64,000 nucleotides of DNA from an uncultured Acidobacteriota bacterium. Its GTDB lineage: Bacteria; Acidobacteriota; Thermoanaerobaculia; UBA5066. The DNA is taken from contig CAVZYA010000002.1 of the NCBI GenBank assembly GCA_963779415.1, forward strand, positions 192,001 to 256,000, in the 5' to 3' direction. Shown piece after piece: positions 46,726 to 58,174 of this stretch. Both the position numbers and the translations under genes were made by a program. The notes under the pieces were generated by a model. That model was given only the letters and a program-made list of their open reading frames with translations, did no database searches and was not told the origin of the DNA. Each line of letters starts with the position of its first letter. Positions within the stretch are counted from its first letter, which is position 1.

Positions 46726-48001
46726 ATGAGACGCTTCTCCCCTCCCTTTCTTTCTCTTCTCCTCGCCGCATCCCTCCCCCTCGCCGCCCAGCCGCTCGTC
46801 GTGAAGTGCGGAAAGCTCCTCGATCCCAGCGACGAAGAGCGTGAAGACGAACGTCGCCGTCGCGATCGACGGGCGGGGGGTCGTCGCGGCCGCGCCGGCG
46901 GGGGCGAAGGTCGTCGACCTCTCGGCCTACACCTGCCTCCCCGGTCTCATCGACGCGCACGAGCACCTCCTCCTCCAGGGAGACGCGACCTCGGCGGAAT
47001 ACGACGAGCAGGTCCTGAAGGAATCGATGCCTTACCGCGCCCTCCGCGGGGCCGCCGCCGGACGGATCGCCCTCGAGCACGGCTTCACGACGGTGCGGGA
47101 CCTCGGGACGGAGGGGGCCGGATTCGCGGACGTCGACCTGAAGAAGGCCTTCGCTCTCGGAATCCTCCTCGGGCCGCGGGTCTTCACGGCCGGCCCGGCG
47201 ATGGGTACGACGGGAAGCTACCCGCTTCTCGGCTTCTCGTGGGAGCGGAAGATGCCGGACGGAGTCCTGAAATGCGACGGCGCCGACGACTGCCGGAAGG
47301 CCGTCCGGTACCAGGTCCAGTATGGCGTCGACTGGATCAAGCTCTACGCGGACCGGTCGTACTACCGGACGCCGGACGGCGGCTGGGCCTCGATCGCGAA
47401 CTTCACCCCCGAGGAGATCCACGCCATCGTCGACGAGGCGCACCGGCTCCGGAAAAAAGTGGCCGCCCACTCGATGACGCCGACGGGCCACCACTCCGCC
47501 CTCGCGGCGGGGGTCGACTCGATCGAGCATGGCGACGTTCTCGACGACGAAACCGTGAAGACCATGGCGGCCCGGCACGTTCCCTACTGTCCGACGATCA
47601 CCGCGCTCGACTTCGTCCGGGGGCCGCGCTCGAAGACGAACCCCGTCTGGGACCAGCTCTGGGCGGCCTCGGAGAGTTCGTTCCGGCGGGCCTATGCGGC
47701 CGGTGTCCCGATCGCCTTCGGGACCGACGCGGGGGGGTTCGACTGGGACAAGCGGAACGAGGCAGAGGAGTTCTCGTTCATGGTCGCATGGGGGATGTCG
47801 CCTTGGGACGCGATCCGGTCGGCGACGACCGTCGCGGCAGAGCTGCTCGGGCCGTCGCCGGACGGGAAGCTCGGCTGCCTCGATCCGGGCTGCGCGGCCG
47901 ACCTCGTCGCCGTCGCGGGCGACCCGCTCGCGAACGTGAAGGTCCTGGAGGACGTGAAGGCCGTCGTCGCCGCCGGGAAGGTCGTCAAGTCCCCGCGCTG
48001 A
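46726..48001 (+). CDS. Secreted metal-dependent amidohydrolase; frameshift ~46828
   Basis: GGAGG RBS and signal peptide; PGLIDAHEHL, KVAAH, SIEHG, GTDAG. Confidence 0.88.
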
Positions 48002-48008
48002 GGCGACG

Positions 48009-49414
48009 TCAGAAGGCGGAGTCGTTCGGGACGCCCGGCACCGGCATCGGCTCGGCCGGCGGAATCGGGCGGGAGAGCCTCGGGACGGGGGGAGCGGCCT
48101 CGGACGGCGCGCTCTTCAGGATGACGTCGTCATAGAGGCCGAGCCCGCGGATCTGAACGCCCGCCCACCCCTCGCTGAAGGCGCCATCGTGAACGAAGAG
48201 CGTCTCGACGCCGTTCACGGAGACGGAGATCCGGTCGCCCACCCCCGCGAGGGTCAGCCTCACCGGCCAGACCTTCGGTGAGAGGCCCGTCCGGGCGACG
48301 AGGCGGAGGCCGATCGACGGTGCGTCGAGCTCCACGTCGCCGTTGGCCCGGAGAACGGCCCGGTAGCCGCTCGTCTCGCCGCCGTCCGTCATCGCCGTCG
48401 TGCGCCCCAGGACACCGACGAAGCCCTGCGAATTCCCCCCGTCGTCCTCGAGCCTCACGAGGCTGCTGATCTCGAAGTCCGTCACCCGCGCGTCGCTGAT
48501 CTTGGCGACGAAGCCGGGAACGGTGTTTCCGAGGCGTCCGTTCACGAGTGTTTCGCCGCCACCGGGGAAGGCCCATCGATAGAAAGCGGCGCTCCAGGTG
48601 CCGGAGAAATGATCCAGAAAGAGCGGCGGATGCGGCTCGGTCTCCTCGAGATTCTGCGAGAGGAGCCTCGCTCCCGGCTTCCACGCGAGGTTCGCCCGGA
48701 GGAGGCCGGAGTCTCCCGCCGGAACGCAGGTGGCGCAGTCGACGAGCTCGTAGAAAAAAAGGCCCGTCACGCGCGCCTCCGACCCGAAGATCTCGAATGT
48801 CTGCAGGACGTCGTATCCGTTCCCCGAATCGCCCCCTCCGGCGCCCGGACGGAGCCGCTCCACGAGCCCGAGAGATCCGGGGCCGCGACCCGCGCCGACG
48901 GATCCACCTCGCGGATCACCGTTGCCGCCGGGACGAGAAGCGCGTCGACGTACGTGAGCCCGTCGCCGTGCCAGAAGTCCGGCTCGTCGGGCTCGTTCCA
49001 GATGCCGTAGACCGCGATCGCTCCGCGATAGCGGGCCGCGACGGCGCGGACGAAACGGGGAAAGAGCCCGTCCCGCGGAACGCAGGCACCCGCGCCGACC
49101 GGGTCGCCGTCACGGCAGGCCCACGCCGGCGTGCTCGTCAGGTTCGCGTAGATCCGGAGGCCCCTCGACACCGAGGCCTGGACCTGCCGGTCGACGTCGT
49201 CCCAGAAATACCGGCCGTCCGACGTCTCGACCGCGCTCCAGAAGAGGTCCATCCGGACCCAGTTGAGATGCATGAGCGGCACGGCGTCGAGCTCGGCTCC
49301 GATTGCCGAGTGGACGTTCACCCCCCGGGCGGGGATGTCGACGCGTCCCTGGGCGCCCGCGGGAAGCGCGGCCCCGAGCACGAAAGAGAGGAACAGCAAT
49401 CGGGCGCGGTGCAT
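48009..49414 (-). pseudogene. Secreted GH-A glycoside hydrolase + beta-sandwich domain, apparently with internal deletion/frameshift near 48850
   Basis: WVRMDLFWSAVE, YGIWNEPD, VAAPD in one frame, then jumps to GLFFYEL...GLLR in another; no nucleophile-bearing segment between. Confidence 0.65.
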
Positions 49415-49416
49415 CA

Positions 49417-49456
49417 AAAGAAGAGAACCCCCCGCCGCAGTGCCGGAAGGGGGCTC
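49417..49456 (-). terminator. Probable rho-independent terminator after the M20 peptidase
   Basis: Minus strand GAGCCCCCTTCCG-GCACTG-CGGCGGGGGGTTC followed by TCTTCTTTT. Confidence 0.55.
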
Positions 49457-49475
49457 GAACGTACCCGACCTTGCG

Positions 49476-50922
49476 TTACTTCTTCGCCTTTTTCGCCTTC
49501 TTCGCGGCCTTCGGCGCCGGCTTGGCGTAGTACCCCTTCGGGCCGATCTTTCCGAGCGCGGCGACCTCCTCGAAGTACTTCGCGAAAGCGATCATGCCGC
49601 CTTCCGCCTGCTCCCAGTCATAGTTTTCGTTCGGGGCGTGGTAGCCGTGCTCCGGGAGCGAGAGGCCGAGGAAGAGGACGGGGGCCCTCAGCACCTTCTC
49701 CATCGTGAGGACGGCGCCGATGGAGCCCCCCTCGCGGACGAAGACGGGCTCGCGGCCGAACGCGAACTTCACCGAGCTCCGGACGCTGTCGGCGAGCGGG
49801 CCGGTCGTGATTCCCTGATACGGGTCGAGCCGGTTCTCGAGCGAAACCTTCACGTCGGGGTTCTTCGACTTGACGAACTTCGTGACGAGCTTCGCGATCT
49901 TCTCGCCGTTCTGCTTCGGCACGAGGCGGCAGGAGACCTTGAACTCGGCGCGCGGCGGGATGACCGTCTTGATCCCGGGCCCCGTGTAGCCGCCGACGAT
50001 GCCGTGCAGCTCGAACGTGGGCATCGCCCAGATCCGTTTCATCACGTCGAGGGCGTCCTTCGTCCGGATCGACTTGAAGAGATGGTCCCCCATGAACCCC
50101 TTCACCGTGAAGCCCGAGCGCGCGAAATCGGCGAGCTCGGCCTTCGTGGGGGGGATGACGTCGTCGTAGAAGCCCGGGATCTTCACGCGCCCCGTCTGTC
50201 CGTCGAAGCACTCGGAGACGACCTTCACGAGCTCGGAAAGCGGATTGCGCGCGGCGCCCCCCGTGACGCCCGAGTGCTGGTCGGTCGTCCCCGTCTCGAG
50301 CGAGAAGGTGAACCCCTGCAGGCCGCGGAGGCCCGCCGGAGACGCCGGCTTGCCGCGGGCGATCCAGATCGTGTCGGAGACGATGATGGAATCGGTCGCG
50401 AGCTGGGAGGCGGCCGCCGAGATTCCCTTCTGGAAGCTGGGGGACCCGATCTCCTCCTCGAACTCCCAGAGAACGCGAAGGTTCACGGGGAGCTTCGCCT
50501 CGGCCGCCGCCTTGATCCCGAAGAGGGCCGACAGCGCGGGCCCCTTGTCGTCCGTCGAGCCGCGGCCGTAATACCGGTCCCCCTTCTTCGTGAAGACGAA
50601 GGGCTCCGTCTCCCACGGCTCGGTCTCCTTCGACGCCGGCTGGACGTCGAGGTGGTTGTAGACGGTGACGGTGGGCCAGGCGGGGTTTTCTCCCCACGCG
50701 CCGTGGACGATCGGGTTTCCGGTCGGTCTCGAGGATCCCCGGGCTCCCTCCGAAGGCACGGATCGTGTCGGCGGCGAGCTTGGCGCACTCGTGGATCGCG
50801 CCCTTCATCGTCGGATCGGCGGAGATGGACGGAACCTCCACGAAGGTCTTGAGGAGGCTCTCGAAGGGCTCCCGATTCTTCTGGGCGAAGGAAAGGAGCT
50901 TTTCCTTTTCGAAGTGCTTCAT
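49476..50922 (-). CDS. M20/M25/M40 metallo-dipeptidase; frameshift ~50720
   Basis: YNHLDVQP, GRGSTDDKGP, EEEIGS, GGSIG, HAPNEN; N-terminus in ORF 49618..50922. Confidence 0.92.
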
Positions 50923-50946
50923 GCCGGGAAGTCTACCCCCGGCCCG

Positions 50947-51396
50947 TCACTCCGCGGCGGGGGTCCCGGGCTCGGACGGGGGGCGTCTGCGCTGCGCCTG
51001 CCGCTCCCGCCGGCGAAGCTGCCGCTCCTCCTCCTGCTTGAAGAGGTACTTGATCGCGTGCTTCGGAATCAGGAGGTTCGGCGCCCCCTCGCGGTTCACC
51101 TTGAGGACGTCCTTGTCGTACCACTCGATCCAGCCGCGTATCTCCTCGCCGTCGACGAGCCGGACGACGATCGGCGTCCGGGCCTGCATCTGCTTGAGGT
51201 AGTAGAAGGCCTCGGCGTTCGTCTGCTCGGGGGGAGCCATCTTGCGGGAGGACGGGACGCGCAGCCCCTGGTCGCGCCGGATTTCGGACAGAGAGGGCCG
51301 GATCAGCTTGCGCGGCCCCAGCTCGGCGGTTGTCGGAGCGGCGGGCAGGGGAGCGGGGGGGTCTCCCCCGGACGGCGGTTTGCGGACGATGGCCAT
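50947..51396 (-). CDS. hfq: Hfq-like (Sm/LSm) RNA-binding protein with N- and C-terminal extensions
   Basis: TPIVVRLVDGEEIRGWIEWYDK (Sm1) and LLIPKHAI (Sm2). Confidence 0.72.
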   Translation of the reverse strand: MAIVRKPPSGGDPPAPLPAAPTTAELGPRKLIRPSLSEIRRDQGLRVPSSRKMAPPEQTNAEAFYYLKQMQARTPIVVRLVDGEEIRGWIEWYDKDVLKVNREGAPNLLIPKHAIKYLFKQEEERQLRRRERQAQRRRPPSEPGTPAAE

Positions 51397-51477
51397 ACGT
51401 TATCTCCTACGAAATCCGCGGCCGGGGAGTTTACGGCGCGGAGTGTAGACCGCTCTCCCGAAAGAGGCGAGAGCCCG

Positions 51478-52269
51478 TCAGGCTTCGAGCGGCGCGGGGG
51501 GCGGCGGAACGGACGGAGGGGCGGGAGGAGCCTGAGAGGCACGCTTCTCGCCTCCGTGCCCGAGGCGACGGGCCGCCTCGATCCCGCCATCCAGCTCGTA
51601 GGCTACGCAACACTTGAGCCGGCCACAATGGCCGGTCAGCTTCGCGGGATTCGGCGTGATCCCCTGCATCTTCGCCATCTTGATGGCGACCGGATGAAAG
51701 GCCCGAAGCCAGGTGGAGCAGCAGAGCGTCAGGCCGCACGACCCGATCCCGCCGAGGAGCTTCGTCTCGTCGCGGACGCCCATCATCCGGACGTCGACGC
51801 GCATCTCGAACTTCTCGGCGACGGCGCGGGCGAGGTCCCTGGTCTCGACCTTCTTGTCGGCCGTGAAGAGGAGGACGATCTTCCGCCGGTCGAACCCGAC
51901 CTGTGCCTTGACGACGTTCAGGTCGAGATGGCGCTCCTCGACGACAGAGTCGGCAAAGGCCTTCGCCTCTCTCTGAAGGTCGAGGCGCTCCGAGTAGTCC
52001 GCGTACTCGGAGTCGGAGGCGAGGCGGAGGAAGCGGCGCGCCTTCCGCGCCGAGCAGGCTTTCGGGAGGCCCGGAGAGGTCGTCGTGACCTCGGCGAACT
52101 CGGGGCCGCCGTCCGTCTCGACGAGGATGCGCTCCCCCGCTTTCACCTGGACCTCGCCGGTGAAGACGAGCGTCGTCTTGCCGTCCTCGGCGTCCGCGAG
52201 GCGGACCCCCACGTAGTTCCCTCCCGGGTTCGTCCACGTCCCGATCGAGCAGCTCGTGCAACCCCCCAT
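51478..52269 (-). CDS. PSP1-domain protein (RicT/YaaT family)
   Basis: [51 protein letters not shown]. Confidence 0.9.
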   Translation of the reverse strand: MGGCTSCSIGTWTNPGGNYVGVRLADAEDGKTTLVFTGEVQVKAGERILVETDGGPEFAEVTTTSPGLPKACSARKARRFLRLASDSEYADYSERLDLQREAKAFADSVVEERHLDLNVVKAQVGFDRRKIVLLFTADKKVETRDLARAVAEKFEMRVDVRMMGVRDETKLLGGIGSCGLTLCCSTWLRAFHPVAIKMAKMQGITPNPAKLTGHCGRLKCCVAYELDGGIEAARRLGHGGEKRASQAPPAPPSVPPPPAPLEA

Positions 52270-52352
52270 CGGTGGCATTGTGCCGACCGGACCCGGACTC
52301 GGTCAAATGTCCGACTGGTGGTCTAATGGATCATCGTCAAAGGAGGCCCAGC

Positions 52353-53960
52353 GTGTCCGGCACCTCGTGGCTCCGCTATCGCGCCCTTTCGCTCCACCTT
52401 CCGGCGGCGGGCGTGGCTCTCGATCTCTCGAAGGCGTCCCTCCCCGACGACGCGATCAAGTGGGACCCGCTCGTCTTCCGCGGGTTCCCCGAGGCGTTCG
52501 CCGCGATGGAAGCCCTCGAGCGGGGGGCCATCGCGAACCCGGGAGAGAACCGGATGGTGGGCCACTACTGGCTCCGCGCGCCACAGCTCGTCCCGGACCC
52601 GGCGATCCGGGCCGTCATCGAGGCCACCGGCAAGCAGGTCCGCTCGTTCGCGGCCGACGTTCATTCCGGAAAGATCGCGCCGCCGAAGGCGCCGCGCTTC
52701 CGGAATCTTCTCGTCGTCGGCATCGGCGGCTCGGCGCTCGGCCCGCAGCTCCTCGCCGACGCCCTCACGACGCCGAACGACCGGCTTCACCCCTTCTTCT
52801 TCGACAACACCGACCCGGACGGGATGGTGCGCGAGCTTTCGCGGATCGCGATGGCGGGGGGGCTCGCGACGACGCTCACGATCGTCATCTCGAAGTCCGG
52901 AGCGACGAAGGAGACGCGGAACGGGATGCTCCTCGCCGAGGAGGCCTACCGACGCGCGGGGCTCGACTTCGGGCGCCACGCGGTGGCCGTTACCGGCGGC
53001 CGGAGCGACCTGGACGGCGTGGCGAGCCGGGAACGATGGCTCGCCCGATTCCCGATGTGGGACTGGGTGGGGGGCCGGACCTCCGTGACGTCCGCCGTCG
53101 GGCTCCTCCCCGCCGCCCTGCAGGGGATCGACGTCGCCGAGTTCCTCGCCGGAGCCGCCGCGATGGACGAGGCGACCCGGGTCCCGCGCGTCGCGGAGAA
53201 TCCCGCAGCCCTCCTCGCCCTCGCGTGGTACCGCGAGACGGAAGGGCGCGGACGGAAGGACATGGTCGTCCTGCCTTACAAGGACCGTCTCCTCCTCTTC
53301 ACGCGCTATCTCCAGCAGCTCGTCATGGAGTCGCTCGGGAAGGAGACGGACCTCTCGGGACGAGTCGTGGAACAGGGAATCTCCGTTTACGGAAACAAGG
53401 GCTCGACCGACCAGCACGCCTTCGTCCAGCAGCTGCGCGACGGCCTCGCGAACTTCTTCGTCACCTTCATCGAGGTCGAGAAGGACCGGGGAGACGGCTT
53501 GCCGACGTTCCCCGTGGAGCCCGACGTGACGCCGGGGGACTACCTGCTCGGATTCCTCCTCGGGACGCGCAAGGCGCTCGCCGAGAAGGGGCGCTCGTCG
53601 ATCACGATCACCCTCGGCGACGTCTCGGCGCGCTCTCTCGGCGCGCTCATCGCCCTCTACGAGCGGACGGTCGGCCTCTACGCCTCCCTCATCGGCGTCA
53701 ACGCCTACGACCAGCCCGGCGTCGAGGCCGGGAAGAAAGCCGCGGCCGCCGTCCTCGAGCTGCAGAAGAAGGTTCTGACCGAGGTTCGCGCCAAACCGAA
53801 GGAATTCCGGACGGCCGAGGAGATCGCACGCGCCATTCAGGCGGAGGCCGAGACGGAGACCGTCTTCCGTATCCTCCGTCACCTCGGGGCGAACCCCGAG
53901 CGGGGAATCCTCCGGCAGGACGCCGCAACCCCGTACGAAGCGCGGTTCGGCCTTCCGTGA
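52353..53960 (+). CDS. pgi: Glucose-6-phosphate isomerase
   Basis: [39 protein letters not shown]; AGGAGG before GTG 52353. Confidence 0.95.
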   Translation: MSGTSWLRYRALSLHLPAAGVALDLSKASLPDDAIKWDPLVFRGFPEAFAAMEALERGAIANPGENRMVGHYWLRAPQLVPDPAIRAVIEATGKQVRSFAADVHSGKIAPPKAPRFRNLLVVGIGGSALGPQLLADALTTPNDRLHPFFFDNTDPDGMVRELSRIAMAGGLATTLTIVISKSGATKETRNGMLLAEEAYRRAGLDFGRHAVAVTGGRSDLDGVASRERWLARFPMWDWVGGRTSVTSAVGLLPAALQGIDVAEFLAGAAAMDEATRVPRVAENPAALLALAWYRETEGRGRKDMVVLPYKDRLLLFTRYLQQLVMESLGKETDLSGRVVEQGISVYGNKGSTDQHAFVQQLRDGLANFFVTFIEVEKDRGDGLPTFPVEPDVTPGDYLLGFLLGTRKALAEKGRSSITITLGDVSARSLGALIALYERTVGLYASLIGVNAYDQPGVEAGKKAAAAVLELQKKVLTEVRAKPKEFRTAEEIARAIQAEAETETVFRILRHLGANPERGILRQDAATPYEARFGLP

Positions 53961-53981
53961 AAGAGCGCGGACGCGAAGGCG

Positions 53982-54524
53982 CTACGGGGACTTCTTCAGG
54001 CTCTTGAGCAGCGCGTCGAAAGCGGCCTTCTCTTTTCCGACTGTCTTCTTCGGTCCGGTCATCTTGAAGAAGACCGACCCGCGCGGCCCCTCCGCGATCG
54101 CCCCTTCCAGGGCATAGCCCTTCATCGGGCCGGCCGATGCCCCGCCCATTCCCATTCCGCCCGAGTACGTTCCCTCGGCCGCGCAGATCGTGACCGGGAC
54201 GTCGCCGATCTTCATCTGCGACCGGGAGGGCTTCTTCGACCCGGCCTCCGGCGTCATCTGGGCGAACCAGCGGTCGACGTTCGCGTCGACTCCCCCTCCC
54301 TGCCCCTGTCCGAAGTAGAAGATGGCGAGTTCCGCCCCTTCCTTGTCGCCGGGGGCCACGGGGGTCCGGTACGTGGCGACGCGCATCGAGGAGCCGGCCA
54401 CGGCTGTCCACTCCTTCGGGACGATCCACGAAAGGCCGCCGGCGGAAGTGGGGGAAGCCGTCAGCGCCGTGGCGCCGTGGGAAGAGGCGAGCTGGGCGAG
54501 GAGGACGAGAGCGGTGAGCGTCAT
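53982..54524 (-). CDS. Secreted hypothetical protein (possible PsbP/Mog1-like fold)
   Basis: Signal peptide; GQGGGVDANVDRW, FFKMTGP. Confidence 0.7.
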   Translation of the reverse strand: MTLTALVLLAQLASSHGATALTASPTSAGGLSWIVPKEWTAVAGSSMRVATYRTPVAPGDKEGAELAIFYFGQGQGGGVDANVDRWFAQMTPEAGSKKPSRSQMKIGDVPVTICAAEGTYSGGMGMGGASAGPMKGYALEGAIAEGPRGSVFFKMTGPKKTVGKEKAAFDALLKSLKKSP

Positions 54525-54589
54525 ACCCCCGATTCTTCCATACTCCCGCCGCGAGTTCCGTCCGGAAGAGAGAGGCGCGCCGTGCGGAA

Positions 54590-55899
54590 TCAGCGGAGGA
54601 ACGCGCCCGAACGCTCGCGGAGGATCTCGAGAGCGCCCTTGCCGATGTCGCGGCGGAAGTGTCTTCCTTCGAAGCGGATCTTCGCGGCCGCGTCGCGGGA
54701 CTTCGCGAGGGCCGTGGAGAGGGAGCGCCCGCGCGCGCAGACGGAGAGGACGCGGCCGCCGGCCGTGACGAGCTTTCCGTCCCGGTCGCGTGCCGTCCCG
54801 GAATGAAAGACGACGACGTCCGGGTCGGCCGACGCCTCCTCGATCCCCTCGATGACGCGCCCTCGTTCGTACGGGCCGGGGTATCCCTCGGCGGTCACGA
54901 CGACACAGGCCGTCGCCTCCCGCCGCCAGGCGATCTTCCCCGCGTCCTCGAGCCGCCCCTTCGCGGCGGCGACGAGGAAGGGAAGGAGGTCGCTCTCGAG
55001 CCGGATCAGGATCGACTGCGTCTCGGGGTCGCCGAAGCGGACGTTGTACTCGAGGACATAGGGGTTCGTCCCCCCCTCGAGCATCAGCCCCACGAAGAGA
55101 ACGCCGCGGAACGGACGCCCTTCCACCGTCATTCCCTTGAGTGTCGGATGGACGACGTACGTCAGGACGTCCGCGGCGGTCGCCGCGTCGAGGACGACGG
55201 ACGGGGAGTGGGACCCCATCCCGCCCGTGTTCGGGCCACGGTCCCCCTCGAAGACCTTCTTGTAGTCCTTCGTCGTCGCGAGCGGAACGGCGAGCGTGCC
55301 GTCGCAGAGACAGAGGAAGCTGACCTCCTCGCCGGCGAGGAACCGCTCCACGAGCACGCGGTCCCCCGCCGTGCCGAAGACCCGCTCCTCGAAGAAGAGT
55401 CGGAGCGCCTTCTCGAACTCGTCGGCCGTCGTCGCGATGACGACGCCCTTTCCCGACGCCAGTCCGTCCGCCTTCAGGACGCACGGGAGTCCGATCCGCC
55501 GGACCGCCGCCTGCGCTTCGGCACGCGTGAGGCAGACCTCCGCCTGCGGGGTCGGAATGCCGTATTTCTGCATGAAGGACTTCGAGAAGACCTTCGATCC
55601 CTCGAGCTCGGCGGCAAGGCGGTTCGGCCCGAAGGCGAGGAGCCCGCGGCTGGTCAGCTCGTCGACGAGACCGAGCGCGAGGGGAAGCTCGGGGCCGACG
55701 ACCGTCAGGTCGACGGACATCGACTCGGCGAAATCGGCGATCTCGACGACGTCCTCGGCGCCGATCGGGATGCAGGTGGCTTTCTCGGCGATTCCGGGAT
55801 TCCCCGGCGCGCAGAAGAGTTCCGTGACCTGCGGCGACTGGGAGAGCTTCCAGACGAGCGAATGTTCCCGTCCCCCCCGCCGATCACCAACACCCGCAT
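54590..55899 (-). CDS. purD: Phosphoribosylamine--glycine ligase; frameshift in G-run ~55875
   Basis: MRVLVIGGG|REH, VVGPE, LEGSK, KADGLASGKGV, GPNTGGMG, EYNVRFGDPE. Confidence 0.95.
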
Positions 55900-55993
55900 G
55901 ATGAGCGGATCATAGGACAGCTGTGAGGTCCCCCTTGAATTCCCTGGCTGAAGGGGTCTAAGCTCCTCGGCAGGCTCTCGAGGCCGAAATGTC

Positions 55994-56974
55994 GTGGTGC
56001 CTTCCGGTTCCGCCCTTGACCGCCATGGAGAAGACGCGGTGAGCGTGCCGCTTCCTCAGATGGCGGATGCTGCTCGAAAGGCGGCCGAGGAGGCGCGTGA
56101 GCAGGGGATCGCCCACGGGGAACGAGGCGACTTCGCCGCGGCCCTCTCCCACTTCGACACGGCGCTTTCGCACGCGCGCGAGACGGGCGACGAGACTTTC
56201 ATCGACTGGATCTTCGTCTCCCGCGCGGCCGCGGCGGTCGAGGTGGGGGCCTCCGAATCCGACCTTCTCGAGCTGAAGGAGATCCTCCTCAGGCGGACCG
56301 ATCCCAGGATCGCTCTCCGGGCCTCCTCGTCGCTCTCGGTGGCCTTCGACCTTCAGCGCGACACCCGGAAAGCCCTCTTCTACGCCCGCATCGCCCGGCG
56401 CCACGCCGAGGAACTCGCGGATCCTGCCCATCTCTCGGCGACCGCGAATCATCTCGGCGCCATCCTCGCGGCCTCCAGCCGTTTCGACGAGGCCGCGGAG
56501 GCGTTCCGGACCGCCCTCGACTGGAACGCGAAGGAGGCCGGGGACTCGGAGGTCTGGCGGGCCCAGGCGAACGACAACCTCGGGTACTGCCTCATCGCCC
56601 TCGACCGGATCGAGGAAGGAATGCCGCTCGTCCACGGGGCGCTCGAGACGCTCCGGAAGAAGAATGCGACGGGCTTCCTCGTCTACCCGCTCATGGACCT
56701 CTGCTTCGGCTACCTGAAGCAGGACCGGTACGCGGAGGCCCGGTTCTTCGGCGAGGCCGCCCTCGAGCGGCTCGAGACCGGCGGCCCGACGGCCGACCTC
56801 GCCGTCGAGAAGAACCTCCTCTACCTCCTCGGCGAGGCGTGCCAGCTCGCCGGCGACGAGGACGAGGCCGAGGAATGGTTCGCGCGCCTCGCCCGCCACT
56901 ATCCCGAGTTCAAGAACCTCCGGACGTACCTCGAGGTCTTCGACCTCAGGAACGTCATCAACCTCAGGACCTGA
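55994..56974 (+). CDS. Tetratricopeptide-repeat protein
   Basis: Repeated NHLG/DNLG/YLLG TPR-like helices; start may be 56039 or 56060. Confidence 0.78.
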   Translation: MVPSGSALDRHGEDAVSVPLPQMADAARKAAEEAREQGIAHGERGDFAAALSHFDTALSHARETGDETFIDWIFVSRAAAAVEVGASESDLLELKEILLRRTDPRIALRASSSLSVAFDLQRDTRKALFYARIARRHAEELADPAHLSATANHLGAILAASSRFDEAAEAFRTALDWNAKEAGDSEVWRAQANDNLGYCLIALDRIEEGMPLVHGALETLRKKNATGFLVYPLMDLCFGYLKQDRYAEARFFGEAALERLETGGPTADLAVEKNLLYLLGEACQLAGDEDEAEEWFARLARHYPEFKNLRTYLEVFDLRNVINLRT

Positions 56975-56977
56975 CGA

Positions 56978-58071
56978 ATGAGCCCCCGCGTTTTCCGCCT
57001 CCTCCGCCTTCTTCCGGCCCTCGCGCTCGTGGCCGGGCTCGCGGTTCTTCCGCAGGACGGTATTCGCGGCATCGGCGGTTCTCGCCAAGGACGGAACGCT
57101 CTACGAGGTGTTCTCGACGACCTACGGCACGGCGATCGGCAACGCGGCCGACCCCAACGCGAACCTCCCGGTTCTCGCCCTCCGGACGACCCCGTCCGGC
57201 AGGCACCCCGACCCTGCAGGTCGTGGAGGGCTCGCTCGACGGCGAGGTCGAGGGGTCCGAGTCGATCGAGTTCGAGGAAGAGACGCAGACGGTCTTCCTC
57301 GTCTTCACGAAGCAGCAGACCATCTATCAGGGCGTCACGGTGTCGCTCCTCCAGAACGGCGTCTGGTCGACGCAGCAGGTCCTCCCGGCGTCGGGCGGCG
57401 CGGCGGTGATGAACCCGCAGATGGTCCTCACCCGCCAGCAATATCTCGATACGTCGGCGGCGGACCCGGCGGCCTGGACCGAGAAGTGGCGTTCGATTGT
57501 CTCCGTCGTCTGGTGGGAGGAAGGGACGCTCCTGCAGGCGGAATACGCCGTCCTCTTCGTGGAGGACGGGGTCCTGAACACCAGCTTCATCGCGGGGTAC
57601 AACCTGAACGAGCTCGCCGCGGCGTCGGGACCGACGTCACCGGCGGGGCTCGCCCCCTCGATCTACCGGTTCCCGGCCGTCCAACGCGATTTCGCGGGGG
57701 ACGGAGGCGTTCTCGTCTCCTTTGCGAACCTCTCCACGCAGCGCCAGATGGTCGGTTCGATCTCGTTCGTAAGCAGCCCGGTCGCGGGTCCCGGCATCAG
57801 CGGGCCTGTGGCCTACTCCCGGCACCGCCCCATCTTCGCGACGATGGGCGACGGTTCCCTGCCGGGCACCGGCGCCATCCAGGCCGCGAGCCTAGGCACG
57901 ATCATCTCGCCCTCCGGTGGCTCGACGTTCTGGTGGATAGACGGTTCCACGATGAAGGTCCTTCCCGCGGGAGCGGCAAAAGACGCCGTGCCGCTCTCGA
58001 TGCCGATCCGGCCCGACTTCTCCGTCGACAAGGCGCTTGCGGTCATCCGCGAGATGGCCGAAAAGGAGTAG
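56978..58071 (+). CDS. Secreted beta-rich hypothetical protein; two frameshifts (~57055, ~57201)
   Basis: Signal peptide MSPRVFRLLRLLPALALVAGLAV; GC3-rich segments in three successive frames join into one ~360-aa protein. Confidence 0.65.
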
Positions 58072-58132
58072 ATCTTCCTCGCGGTGCGGCCGGAGGATGC
58101 GTCGAGCGGGGCCGAGCAGAGGTTGACCACCG

Positions 58133-58160
58133 CGCCCCTTCGTCTCCGAAGGGGCGTTTT
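58133..58160 (+). terminator. Rho-independent terminator just upstream of yitJ
   Basis: CGCCCCTTCG-TCTC-CGAAGGGGCG (perfect 10-bp stem) + TTTT. Confidence 0.75.
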
Positions 58161-58174
58161 CGTCTGACGACGGC

